A DNA stretch of 64,000 nt, from contig CBFDEM010000037.1 of assembly GCA_965603825.1 (NCBI GenBank), positions 496,001 through 560,000 on the forward strand, written 5' to 3'. Source of the DNA: Blepharisma stoltei ATCC 30299 (lineage: Eukaryota > Protista > Ciliophora). Shown piece after piece: positions 23,236-32,880 of this stretch (position 1 is its first letter; each line of letters starts with the position of its first letter). A program made the position numbers and the translations under genes. The notes beneath the pieces were generated by a model, which saw only the letters and a program-made list of their open reading frames with translations, was not told where the DNA came from and made no database searches.

Positions 23236-24969
23236 TTACTCAGTTTTTAAGTATTTTTTTTGAAGTTGCTTGATATCGTCGTCATCTGATGTGTCGCTTG
23301 ACGACTCGTAAATTATTTTAGGGATTGCAATCGTCACGTCAGAGTTTCCACGCTGGCTTGACCTCGTTGTAGTTAAAGGAGGAGCTTGAAACCTAGGCGA
23401 ATCTAGAGAGGACTCTGGAGAATATGAATGTCTTGTAGATATAGGGTTACTCGCAAATGTAAATGAAGATTTTGGAGAAGTCTCAGAAGATTCAGAGCCT
23501 TCTGTTGGAAGTCTTAAATTAGGGATCCTTGGGATCCTAGGCGGCAGTTTTGATTTTTCTTTGTTTGGACCTAAAAATGAAGTGTTTGTTGATCCTGGCC
23601 GTTTTTCAGGGAAAAGGATTCGGTTTGGAGGAAGTTTTTTATCAATTGTGGTGTTTGTTGAAGAGTTCACCATCTTCGGGGATAAACGAGCTGGGGAAGA
23701 AATTTTTGACTTAGGGCTTTCAAGCTGCGTATAGCAAATCTGATGCTGAAGCTCTTGGATTTGTTTTTCAAGCCGCTTCAGCATCTCTGACTGCTCTATT
23801 ATCAAATTTTCTGTTGAAATTCCGTTACAGGTTTCTATGCTTGATCTAGCTGACCTTATCGGCATATCTTTTATGCTTGAATGCCCATCACTAGACACGC
23901 TTGGGCTTAGAGTATTTCTAGGTTTCCTGACGTTTACTTTTGGCGACGCCAACATATCATTTTCCAGTTTGCTTTTCAAAAACATACACGTTTCTGATGC
24001 AAAAGTTCCATTTTCTCTGCTTGCCTCTATATTTGAGTTCGCAATGCATCAGGCTGGCTTATCTTGAGTGCTTACTTCATAAAATGTTGGCTTTGAAGAA
24101 AAATATACGAACAGGAACGTATTTTGATCAGGACTTGGTGAAATTCTGTCTTGGATGAGCTTGCTTTCAATAAACCTTACACAAGATGCCCAAACAAGTG
24201 GGTGAGTTAACGGATAAGGCTGATTTCCAGGCACGCCGACAGCTCAAACTCCTACAAGTGGGTATCTAAACGCTAAGGGATCAGAACACAGTAGAGGCAA
24301 AACCCGCTTTTTTTGGTCCAATGTCAAGTACCCAGTTTGAAACTTCGCTTTTTTGTTGGATTTTTGAGTTAGCTGGATACTTAAAGGGGTTGATACAATT
24401 TTCAATATTGGAATTGGCACGAACTGCAAATTTATGCTTGGGAACAACAGTTGGCAATTAGCTAACAGTCGTCCATCGTGCACACTAAAACTCAATGTGG
24501 CTTTACAAAGATCAAGCGGCTCTAAGTATTCTAGTTCTGCGTATGAGTCTAATTTAAACATCAGGCTTTGCAGCATAAACTCGAATTCACGCTTGTCTGC
24601 TTCTAATCTTCACATATCTCTAAGGAATAATCTAATTGTATATTCCCCTGTAGATCTTGGCGTTCTTGTGTGCCATTGACACTCTGTGATTTTTACGCTC
24701 AAATAATGCGTGGAACTATATTTCGATCCAGCTAAAAACCCGCCAAACGCAATTTGTGAATTTTCTCTATGACCAGCTGTATATAATGATTCTAAAACTT
24801 CAGGGCTAAATTTGATTACTGGCAGCATGGAAGGAATTGTTAGAAGAATTTTCTTGCCAGTTGGAGTGCGCGGCCATAATGAGCATTTAGAAGCTGATAA
24901 ATTAATTTGCTTGATAATAGGAAGGGTTCTTGTATCAAACGTGAATGGTTGTTCTTTATAGTTATCCAT
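23236..24969 (-). CDS. STIL: STIL/SIL-like centriole assembly protein (577 aa)
   Basis: Four ORFs joined through TGA 24610, 24244 and 24049. LWPRTPTG, GYLTLDQ..VLPLL.SDP...PLVGVW and VWASCVRFI match the STIL N-terminal domain as recalled. Also a central coiled coil and a C-terminal ..KKYL. Confidence 0.8.
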
Positions 24970-25150
24970 TTTAAATTATTTTTTGGTAAAATAAGCTGAA
25001 ACTCATATGCAAACTCTTATGAGTTTGCTTTGATGCAATTTTGACAATTCTAATAGATTATTTCCTATTAAAATAACGCATTATCTTATACCCAATAAAA
25101 TTCTCAATTATTTTAAAAATTTCATCAAAATTTAAATAACTTTCATATTC

Positions 25151-26167
25151 TTACACAATCCACCTCACCCTTTTCCCATCTTTCCACTCTCCTTTTTTCC
25201 TGCTCCCATCTGCATTTATCATCCACCCAACTCCTTCCTGTTTCCCATCTTTTCAGTTTCCTTCATACACTCTTCCATCCGCCCAATAATAAGATCCATA
25301 CCCATGTTTCTTATCATTTTTGTACTCTCCTACATATTTCCTTCCATCTTTCCACGTATAAGTTCCTCTTCCATGCATGCCTCCGTTAAGCCAATCTCCT
25401 TCAAACATTCTTCCATCACTTCACTCATAGGTTCCTTTCCCAGTAATAGAATTTTCAATCCATTGTCCTGCATAAGAAGACCCATCTTTCCATCAATATT
25501 TCCCAAACCCATGCTTTTTGCCATACCTATAATAACCTTCATAACGACTTGAGTCTATCCATGTTTCTTTACCAAAGCCATATTGCATATCATTTTTTCA
25601 GTCTCCTTCATAGATAGAGCCATTAGCTTGTTTATAAATCCCATAACCATTGGCTTTATTGTCTTTTCAGTCACCTTCATAGGTATCTCCAGAGGCATGG
25701 AAGAATTTTCCTTTCCCACAAGCATTGCCGAGGACTCATCCTCCTTCATATCGAGCACCGTCAGGCCAAGTCTGTGAGCCTTGGCCATCTCTGAACCCTC
25801 CAAGCCATTCTCCTATATAAGTAGCTCCTGATTTATATTTGTAAGGAGACCGTTGTTCTCTATGTGTAGATTTTGAGAGTTTTGATGATAAGGTTTCTTT
25901 GTATTCTTGAGGAGTAAAATAAGTAATATTGGTTCTTTGGGTTTTTTGGAGATGGGAAACTAATTTACGATCTTGGTAGCCTCTTCATAAAGATTGGATT
26001 TTTATAATAGAGTTGATATATGTAGAGGCTTGTTTAATTATATCTTCTTTGGCAGGAGGAGAAGATTGCTTTGTTTGGGGATCATCTGGAACGTATTCTA
26101 CATAAAGTTCAGTATTGAGCTCTGCTTCATTGTTTCGACAAGAAAGAGATGAGCAGTTTGATCCCAT
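25151..26167 (-). CDS. N-acylated IQ-motif + MORN-repeat protein (338 aa)
   Basis: [10 protein letters not shown]; IKIQSLWRGYQDRK; about 9 MORN repeats YEGxW, with Trp as TGA (7) or TGG (11). Mostly missed by the ORF track. Confidence 0.92.
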
Positions 26168-26242
26168 TAAGTTAGATAATAAAATTAGTGAGATATATAG
26201 AATTTTCTCATTAATTTAAAATTAACTTTGGCTGTTTGAGGA

Positions 26243-26566
26243 TTATTGAGAGGATTTAAGCTGCAGTCTGGTGATTGCTATTGCTCCTATTATAACAATA
26301 GCAGTCCCAATTACTAAGTACTTATTTATAGGTCTTCTATTATAGTTAAGCTGAGATTTTTCAATATTAGGTTGCACTATTAACTCAGCTTCTGCATGGT
26401 CATTATGACTAGAATCACTATCGCTTTCTGGAATAATAATATCTTTGAGCTCATCTTCACTTGGAAGTGATTGCGAAGAAATAGAAGAGGTCAATGGATC
26501 ACTATCAGAGTCTGTTGTATGTATTTCATCAAGGAAGCCAGTTTCGTAAACGATTTCACTTTCCAT
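26243..26566 (-). CDS. Small acidic tail-anchored membrane protein
   Basis: 107 aa, D/E/S-rich, single C-terminal TM YLVIGTAIVIIGAIAI. Confidence 0.7.
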   Translation of the reverse strand: MESEIVYETGFLDEIHTTDSDSDPLTSSISSQSLPSEDELKDIIIPESDSDSSHNDHAEAELIVQPNIEKSQLNYNRRPINKYLVIGTAIVIIGAIAITRLQLKSSQ

Positions 26567-26738
26567 ATTTAATCAATACTATTTAATAAGATTCCCAAAA
26601 GATATTTTACCTTGCAATTGATATGGGAGACATATATATCAATTCAAATAAAAAATAGAAAAAAATTGCTACATAAGATTTTAGTCAAAAATTATTTTAT
26701 ATAAAAATTCCGTTTATTTTTCAATTTGTTTACTTCTT

Positions 26739-27059
26739 TTATTCTTGCAAAAACCTATATTTATAAATCATTTCATTCCATCTATCTTGCATCTCATAAC
26801 TTACACTTGGACTCCTATATGTAACCCCTCTGAACTCATCAGCCTGCATTTCTTTATTAAATTTCACTATCTCATACCCCAAGCTTCTCAATTGTCACGG
26901 ATCCCTTTTTTCATCCCTCACCTCCTGACAATAGATTTCCCATGCTTTCATATACCTATTCACCCTTGTCTCATCTTCCACCATAAATATGCATTTCATC
27001 GTATCTTTTAATATCCCAGCCACAGCCTTCCTTTCCTGTAAAAAATTAAGCCTATTCAT
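26739..27059 (-). CDS. Hypothetical 106-aa helical protein (weak LYR-motif-like pattern), absent from ORF track
   Basis: MNRLNFLQERKAVAGILKDTMKCIF..RDPWQLRSLG..YRFLQE*, one TGA. The plus-strand ORF 26745..27011 is its antisense shadow. Confidence 0.75.
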
Positions 27060-27068
27060 TGCTTATAA

Positions 27069-28568
27069 ATGTCAACTCCAAGCGCTTATAAGGCTGGGGC
27101 CAACACCCAAGCCCGTGGCAAAGTCGGAAAAGTTGGAAAAGCCGCCCCTGCCCCAGCTCCCCGTGGCAAAGTTGCGACTGATACCAAGCACACCCCTAAG
27201 GACGCCAAAGAAATGTTTTTGAAAAGGGTTCAGCTGTGCAGTATCACTTATGATTATTCAGACGACAATAAAGACGTTAAAGCTAAATCTGAGAGAAATG
27301 CAGCTTTACAAGATTTAAGGGAGTTTTTAAATGACTCGAAAAATGTGGCACAGTATGTAATTCCGCATCTGGATCTTGTCATTGATATGATCAAGAAAAA
27401 TATCTTCAGACCTTTGCCGATGGATAAGAAAGGAGGAGATAAATTGGGACCAGGAGAAGCGGGAGCTGAAGGAGGTGATGAAGATATGGTCATTGACCCA
27501 GCGTGGCCGCATTTACAAGGGGTTTATGAGTTCTTTTTTGAGCTTATTATATGTGAAGCAACTGATGTGAAAAGTTTGAAGGTTTTTATAACTCCAAGCT
27601 TTATACAGGACTTTTTGCAGCTTTTTGATAGTGAGGAGCCTCGAGAAAGAGACTATTTAAAAAATATTTTACATAGGCTATATGCAAAATTAGTTCCAAG
27701 AAGAAAAATGATAAGAAAAGCAATAAACGACTCCTTCCTTACAATGATTCACGAAACACAAAGATTCAACGGTGCCAGCGAGCTCTTAGACATTCTCGCC
27801 TCAATTATCAGTGGTTTTGCAGTCCCCTTACGAGAAGAGCACGTTGTCTTTTTCAAAGTGATCATGATTCCTCTCCACAAAGTCCAAACTGCCCACATAT
27901 TCCACGAGCAGCTCCTCCGTTGCTCCATGCTTTTCCTCAGCAAAGACCACGCCTTAGCAATACCTCTTGTGGAAGGTCTTCTCCGATACTGGCCATTTGG
28001 AAACTCAGTTAAAGAAACTTTATATTTAACAGAGCTCCAAGAAGTCCTCGAAGTCTGCGAACTGGCGAAACTTGAACCTTTAATCCCAAAACTCTTTAAA
28101 AGGCTTGTTAGATGTATTTCTGGACCTCAACTTCAGGTAGCTGACCGTGCTATGTGTTTCTTTGAAAATGACTACTTTTTAGGGATTTTGCGTACCTTTA
28201 AACAAGTCACTTTTCCAATGGTCGTCCCTGTTATTGTAGAACTAGCCGAAACACATTGGCATAAAATACTTCAAGAATCGTTAAATGCACTTAAGGTGAT
28301 TTTGAAAGAAATTGACCCTGTGGCTTTTGATAGAGCTCTACAAACCGGATCAAGAGATCTGGCAAGGGCAAATTCATTGGGCACTATGCATAACTTGCCG
28401 GCAAGGGCTACGACTGAAGCGAAGTGGGATGCACTTGCTGCGAAAGCAAAAGCGATTGATCCGAGATTTAAAGCTCCTTGTGTGCCTTATGTAGATTCTC
28501 ATGTAGTAGGGCTGAATAATATGAATGGAATTATGCTGACGAGCCAAAATTTAATTCCGCCTACTTAA
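27069..28568 (+). CDS. PPP2R5: PP2A regulatory subunit B' (B56)
   Basis: PAWPHLQ.VYE, LFDSEEPRERDYLK, FNGASELL, GLLRYWP, QVADRA. Confidence 0.96.
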   Translation: MSTPSAYKAGANTQARGKVGKVGKAAPAPAPRGKVATDTKHTPKDAKEMFLKRVQLCSITYDYSDDNKDVKAKSERNAALQDLREFLNDSKNVAQYVIPHLDLVIDMIKKNIFRPLPMDKKGGDKLGPGEAGAEGGDEDMVIDPAWPHLQGVYEFFFELIICEATDVKSLKVFITPSFIQDFLQLFDSEEPRERDYLKNILHRLYAKLVPRRKMIRKAINDSFLTMIHETQRFNGASELLDILASIISGFAVPLREEHVVFFKVIMIPLHKVQTAHIFHEQLLRCSMLFLSKDHALAIPLVEGLLRYWPFGNSVKETLYLTELQEVLEVCELAKLEPLIPKLFKRLVRCISGPQLQVADRAMCFFENDYFLGILRTFKQVTFPMVVPVIVELAETHWHKILQESLNALKVILKEIDPVAFDRALQTGSRDLARANSLGTMHNLPARATTEAKWDALAAKAKAIDPRFKAPCVPYVDSHVVGLNNMNGIMLTSQNLIPPT

Positions 28569-28820
28569 ATAAATAATTAGAGATTCAGCATTAATTAAAC
28601 AATCGGGCGTAGAGATATTTATTGATTGACCATAGTTCTTATTTTTTTTTTTAATAAATACGATTTAATAAGATTCCCAAAAGATATTTTACCTTGCAAT
28701 TGATATGGGAGACATATATATCAATTCGAATAAAAAATAGAAAAAAATTGCTATATAAGATTTAATCAAAAAGTTATTTTATATAAGTATTCGATTTATT
28801 TTTCAATTTGTTTCATTCTT

Positions 28821-29140
28821 TTATTCTTGCAAAAACCTATATTTATAAATCATTTCATTCCATCTATCTTGCATCTCATAACTTACACTTGGACTTCTAT
28901 ATGCAACCCCTCTAAACTCATCAGCCTGCATTTCTTTATTAAATTTCACTATCTCATACCCCAAGCTTCTCAATTGTCACGGATCCCTTTTTCATCCCTC
29001 ACCTCTTGACAATAGATTTCCCATGCTTTCATATGCCTATTCACCCTTGTCTCATTTTCCACTATAAATATGCATTTCATCGTATCTTTTAATATCCCAG
29101 CCGCAGCCTTCTTTTCCTGTAAAAAATTAAGCCTATTCAT
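28821..29140 (-). pseudogene. Frameshifted duplicate of the 106-aa gene
   Basis: The plus-strand T6 run is T5 at about 28988-28992, leading to an early TAG. A homopolymer sequencing error is possible. Confidence 0.65.
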
Positions 29141-29149
29141 TGCTTATAG

Positions 29150-30649
29150 ATGTCAACTCCAAGCGTTTATAAGGCTGGGGCCAACACCCAAGCCCGTGGT
29201 ATAGTCGGAAAAATTGGAAAAGCCGCCCCTGCCCCAGCTCCCCGTGGCAAAGTTGAGACTGATGCCAAGCACACCCCTAAGGACGCCAAAGAAATGTTTT
29301 TGAAAAGGGTTCAGCTGTGCAGTGTCACTTATGATTATTCAGACGACGATAAAGACGTTAAAGCTAAATCTGAGAGAAATGCAGCTTTACAAAATTTAAG
29401 GGAGTTTTTAAATGACTCGAAAAATGTGGCACAGTATGTAATTCCGCATCTGGATCTTGTCATTGATATGATCAAGAAAAATATCTTCAGGCCTCTACCG
29501 ATGGATAAGAAAGGAGGAGATAAATTGGGACCGGGAGAAGCGCAAGCTGAAGGAGGAGATGAAGATATGGTCATTGACCCAGCGTGGCCACATTTGCAAG
29601 GGGTTTATGAGTTCGTTTTTGAGCTTATTATATGTGAAGCAACTGATGTGAAAAGTTTGAAGGTTTTTATAACTCCAAGCTTTATTCAGGACTTTTTGCA
29701 GCTTTTTGATAGTGAGGAGCCTCGAGAAAGAGACTATTTAAAAAATATTTTACAATTGCTATATGCAAAATTTGTTTCAAGAAGAAAAATGATAAGAAAA
29801 GCAATAAACGACTCCTTCCTTACAATGATTCACGAAACACAAAGATTCAACGGTGCCAGCGAGCTCTAAGATATTCTCGCATCAATTATCAGTAATTTTG
29901 CTGTCCCCTTACGAGAAGAGCACGTTGTCTTTTTCAAAGTTATCATGATTCCTCTCCACAAAGTCCAAACTACTCACATATTCCACGAGCAGCTTCTCCG
30001 TTGCTCCATGCTTTTCCTCAGCAAAAACCACGCCTTAGCAATACCTCTTATGGAAGGTCTTCTCCGATACTGGCCATTTGGAAACTCAGTTAAAGAAACT
30101 TTATATTTAACAGAGCTCCAAGAAGTCCTCGAAGTCTGCGAACTGGCGAAACTTGAACCTTTAATCCCAAAACTCTTTAAAAGGCTTGCTAGATGTATTT
30201 CTGGACCTCAACTTCAGGTAGCTGACCGTGCTATGTGTTTCTTTGAAAATGACTACTTTTTAGGGATTTTGCGTACCTTTAAACAAGTCACTTTTCCAAT
30301 GGTCGTCCCTGTTATTGTAGAACTAGCCGAAACACATTGGCATAAAATACTTCAAGAATCGTTAAATGCACTTAAGGTGATTTTGAAAGAAATTGACCCT
30401 GTGGCTTTTGATAGAGCTCTACAAACCGGATCAAGAGATCTGGCAAGGGCAAATTCGTTGGGCACTATGCATAACTTGCCGGCAAGGGCTACGACTGAAG
30501 CGAAGTGGGATGCACTTGCTGCGAAAGCAAAAGCGATTGATCCGAGATTTAAAGCTCCTTGTGTGCCTTATGTAGATTCTCATGTAGTAGGGCTGAATAA
30601 TATGAATGGAATTATGCTGACGAGCCAAAATTTAATTCCGCCTACTTAA
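29150..30649 (+). pseudogene. PP2A B' duplicate with premature stop
   Basis: TTA(Leu) changed to TAA at 29867-29869, plus many missense changes at conserved sites (HRLYAKLVP to QLLYAKFVS; ISG to ISN). Confidence 0.9.
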
Positions 30650-31228
30650 ATAAATAATTAGAGATTCAGCATTAATTAAACAATTGATTGATTATAGTCC
30701 TTATTTTATTTTTCTATTTTAGATATTTAAAATAGACAATATTTTAGCTATTTAAACAAAGTAAATTAAATTTCGATAGGTTTATTTATACAGAAATGAA
30801 GAGAGTGATCAATTTATTTTTAATTTTGATGAATTGAATTTGGATCAATTTTTTGTGTCATACAGAAATATGCAAATAAATTTATTGAATTGATGGATTT
30901 ATAATGAATATTTCATTACATTGCATTTCTAAACGTATTTAGAAAGAAATGCTAAATTAACCTGTATTCACGAAGCTAGGTATCCATTGATCCTTAGTCA
31001 TTCTGTACAACACAGCCTGCCAAATAATTTATAATTCCATAGCAAAAGCTAAATTTAATATAAATCCTTTAATGAAGCTAGGGCTAAAAAAATTAATAAA
31101 TATATGATAAAAAAGTATTTCTGCTTATCTTAATTAGCCAGAAATAATCTTTACGAAAATTATTAGGTTTTGCTATTTCATAAACTAAGTATGCAAATTT
31201 GATAAATGGAATAATTATTAGAATATTC

Positions 31229-32854
31229 TTATTCACTTATGTACTCCCAAGGACCTTGCCAAGCTTCTAACACTCTATAGAGAAGATAGCTCGACTTATT
31301 ATCCACATCACAAGTAACCGCTTCATTAAAAACATCACTTGTAAGTCTGCAATACAACGATTTTTGGCATTTTTCGTCACATTGCCCAGCCTCATCTGGA
31401 TATTGTGACAGCCAGTTTTCATAAAACTTCTGAGCAAACCCAGCGTCATTTAAAACTTGCTCTGCTATAAGCTCAAAAGAGCTAGGCGACATATCATTCA
31501 TTTTATACAATCCTTTATAGTCATAAGCCTTTTCAAAAACCGCTTCAGAAGGTCCTTGATTTACTTGATAAAGCGGCAGTCGGTATTGATGAATGTTTAC
31601 AAGATGTTTGGTTTCCCAATCATACTCGTACAGTCTGAATGACGGATTTATATATGAGTGCGTTGTAAAAGCAGGGGCAGTATGGATAACTCCTGGGTTT
31701 TTAGTATTTGGGATTATAGAATTTACTACAGTAAATTCATCATAATGAGTATGCCCAAAAAACTGTCCTCTAATGATATTTTGGAATCTGTTAACAATTA
31801 CCCTATAATGTCTTGCCCAATCTGAGTCCAAGAATTTGTCTCCATTTGGTATATGTCCTATAATAATAACAGGCTCGTTATTTTTTTCAGCTTGATATAG
31901 CTCATTTCTCAGCCATTCCAGCATTTGGCTGGGATCTGTATTATTGGGGACTAAAAATATATTTAAGTTGTCTCCCAATATATTATTAATCCCAATTACC
32001 CTAAACCCAGTATTTGGTTCTAATGCTGAATAAAATCCATTAATAGAAAACTGTTGAATTTCTTCAGGACTAAGCCACCCTTCCCACCATTCACTTAAAT
32101 TTCCTATTAAAACTTGTTCGTGGCCTGGGTTGAAGAAATCCATAGGAAAACAGTCATGGTTTCCTATAACTGGGAATACAGGAACGTCTATGTATTCTTT
32201 AAACCATTTCGTGATGGTTTTTGTATAGTTCAAAACTTGGTCTATATCATAATTCCACTGGTCATGAGGAGAATTATCACCTGTCCATACTACAAAAGAA
32301 ATATTATACTGCTTAAAATCTTGTAAAAATGCTAAAAGGGTGTGAGGGGGAAGGTCACAAACTGCACGAGTGCCCCAGTATCCTGCATCGCCTTCACCAT
32401 TTCTACAACAAAGGGGAGAGTTACAGTTAGATGATTGAGATCCAGGCTGATAAAGAAAATCTAAATGAATATCAGTGATTTGCAGCACAAAAAAGGTGTT
32501 GTTTCCTGTTTCAGGCCATGGATTTATAGCTGGCATGTCTTGTAAGACTTCTGCTTGGTATTTTTCAAAATTTTCAACAATAAATTGAGGCTCTGCACAT
32601 GCTTTAATTTTTGAACAAATTCTATCAGGGCTTAAATACTTGGCAGATAAAGAGCTAACATAAGCAGGCCCATATAAATGAACGTAGCCTTCACATACTT
32701 CTCGGTAGAGATATTTTGAGCAAAGTTCAGTAATAATAATGCTTATACCTTTAAGAACCAGTTTTGAGTTCGCGATCTCTTGAAGTCCTTTGGCAATATT
32801 TTGGCAAATAAAGCAGTCATATGGGGTATGAGAATTTACCTGTATTGCGAGTAT
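31229..32854 (-). CDS. Acid sphingomyelinase-like phosphodiesterase with N-terminal saposin-B domain; start codon unresolved
   Basis: TDIHLD, WTGDNSPH, GNHD, GHIP, FFGHTH. The frame stays open 106 codons upstream of ATG 32536 and encodes six saposin-type Cys (CFIC..C..C..C..C). Confidence 0.85.
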   Translation of the reverse strand: MLAIQVNSHTPYDCFICQNIAKGLQEIANSKLVLKGISIIITELCSKYLYREVCEGYVHLYGPAYVSSLSAKYLSPDRICSKIKACAEPQFIVENFEKYQAEVLQDMPAINPWPETGNNTFFVLQITDIHLDFLYQPGSQSSNCNSPLCCRNGEGDAGYWGTRAVCDLPPHTLLAFLQDFKQYNISFVVWTGDNSPHDQWNYDIDQVLNYTKTITKWFKEYIDVPVFPVIGNHDCFPMDFFNPGHEQVLIGNLSEWWEGWLSPEEIQQFSINGFYSALEPNTGFRVIGINNILGDNLNIFLVPNNTDPSQMLEWLRNELYQAEKNNEPVIIIGHIPNGDKFLDSDWARHYRVIVNRFQNIIRGQFFGHTHYDEFTVVNSIIPNTKNPGVIHTAPAFTTHSYINPSFRLYEYDWETKHLVNIHQYRLPLYQVNQGPSEAVFEKAYDYKGLYKMNDMSPSSFELIAEQVLNDAGFAQKFYENWLSQYPDEAGQCDEKCQKSLYCRLTSDVFNEAVTCDVDNKSSYLLYRVLEAWQGPWEYISE

Positions 32855-32880
32855 TTAATTACAATTAATAAAAAAGCTAC

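Larger units (their letters stand above)
26581..30710. repeat. Direct tandem duplication of about 2.08 kb (26581-~28650 and 28663-~30710)
   Basis: Both units begin ATTTAATAAGATTCCCAAAAGATATTTTACC; offset 2081-2082 across the genes. Confidence 0.97.

Noticed and set aside
25008-25030. Short hairpins (GCAAACTC-TTAT-GAGTTTGC; also about 30923-30952)
   Set aside because: Short and isolated; expected by chance.
25304-25803. Short ORFs in the ORF track
   Set aside because: Off-frame or antisense to the MORN gene revealed by TGA=Trp; the same applies to most short overlapping ORFs.
26745-27011. Plus-strand ORF MQKPIFINH (and its copy at 28827)
   Set aside because: Antisense shadow of the minus-strand 106-aa gene; TTG start.
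29853-29870. 18-nt GT..AG that would remove the premature TAA in PP2A B' copy 2
   Set aside because: GC-rich, wrong length for the 15-nt introns seen here, and it would delete conserved residues.
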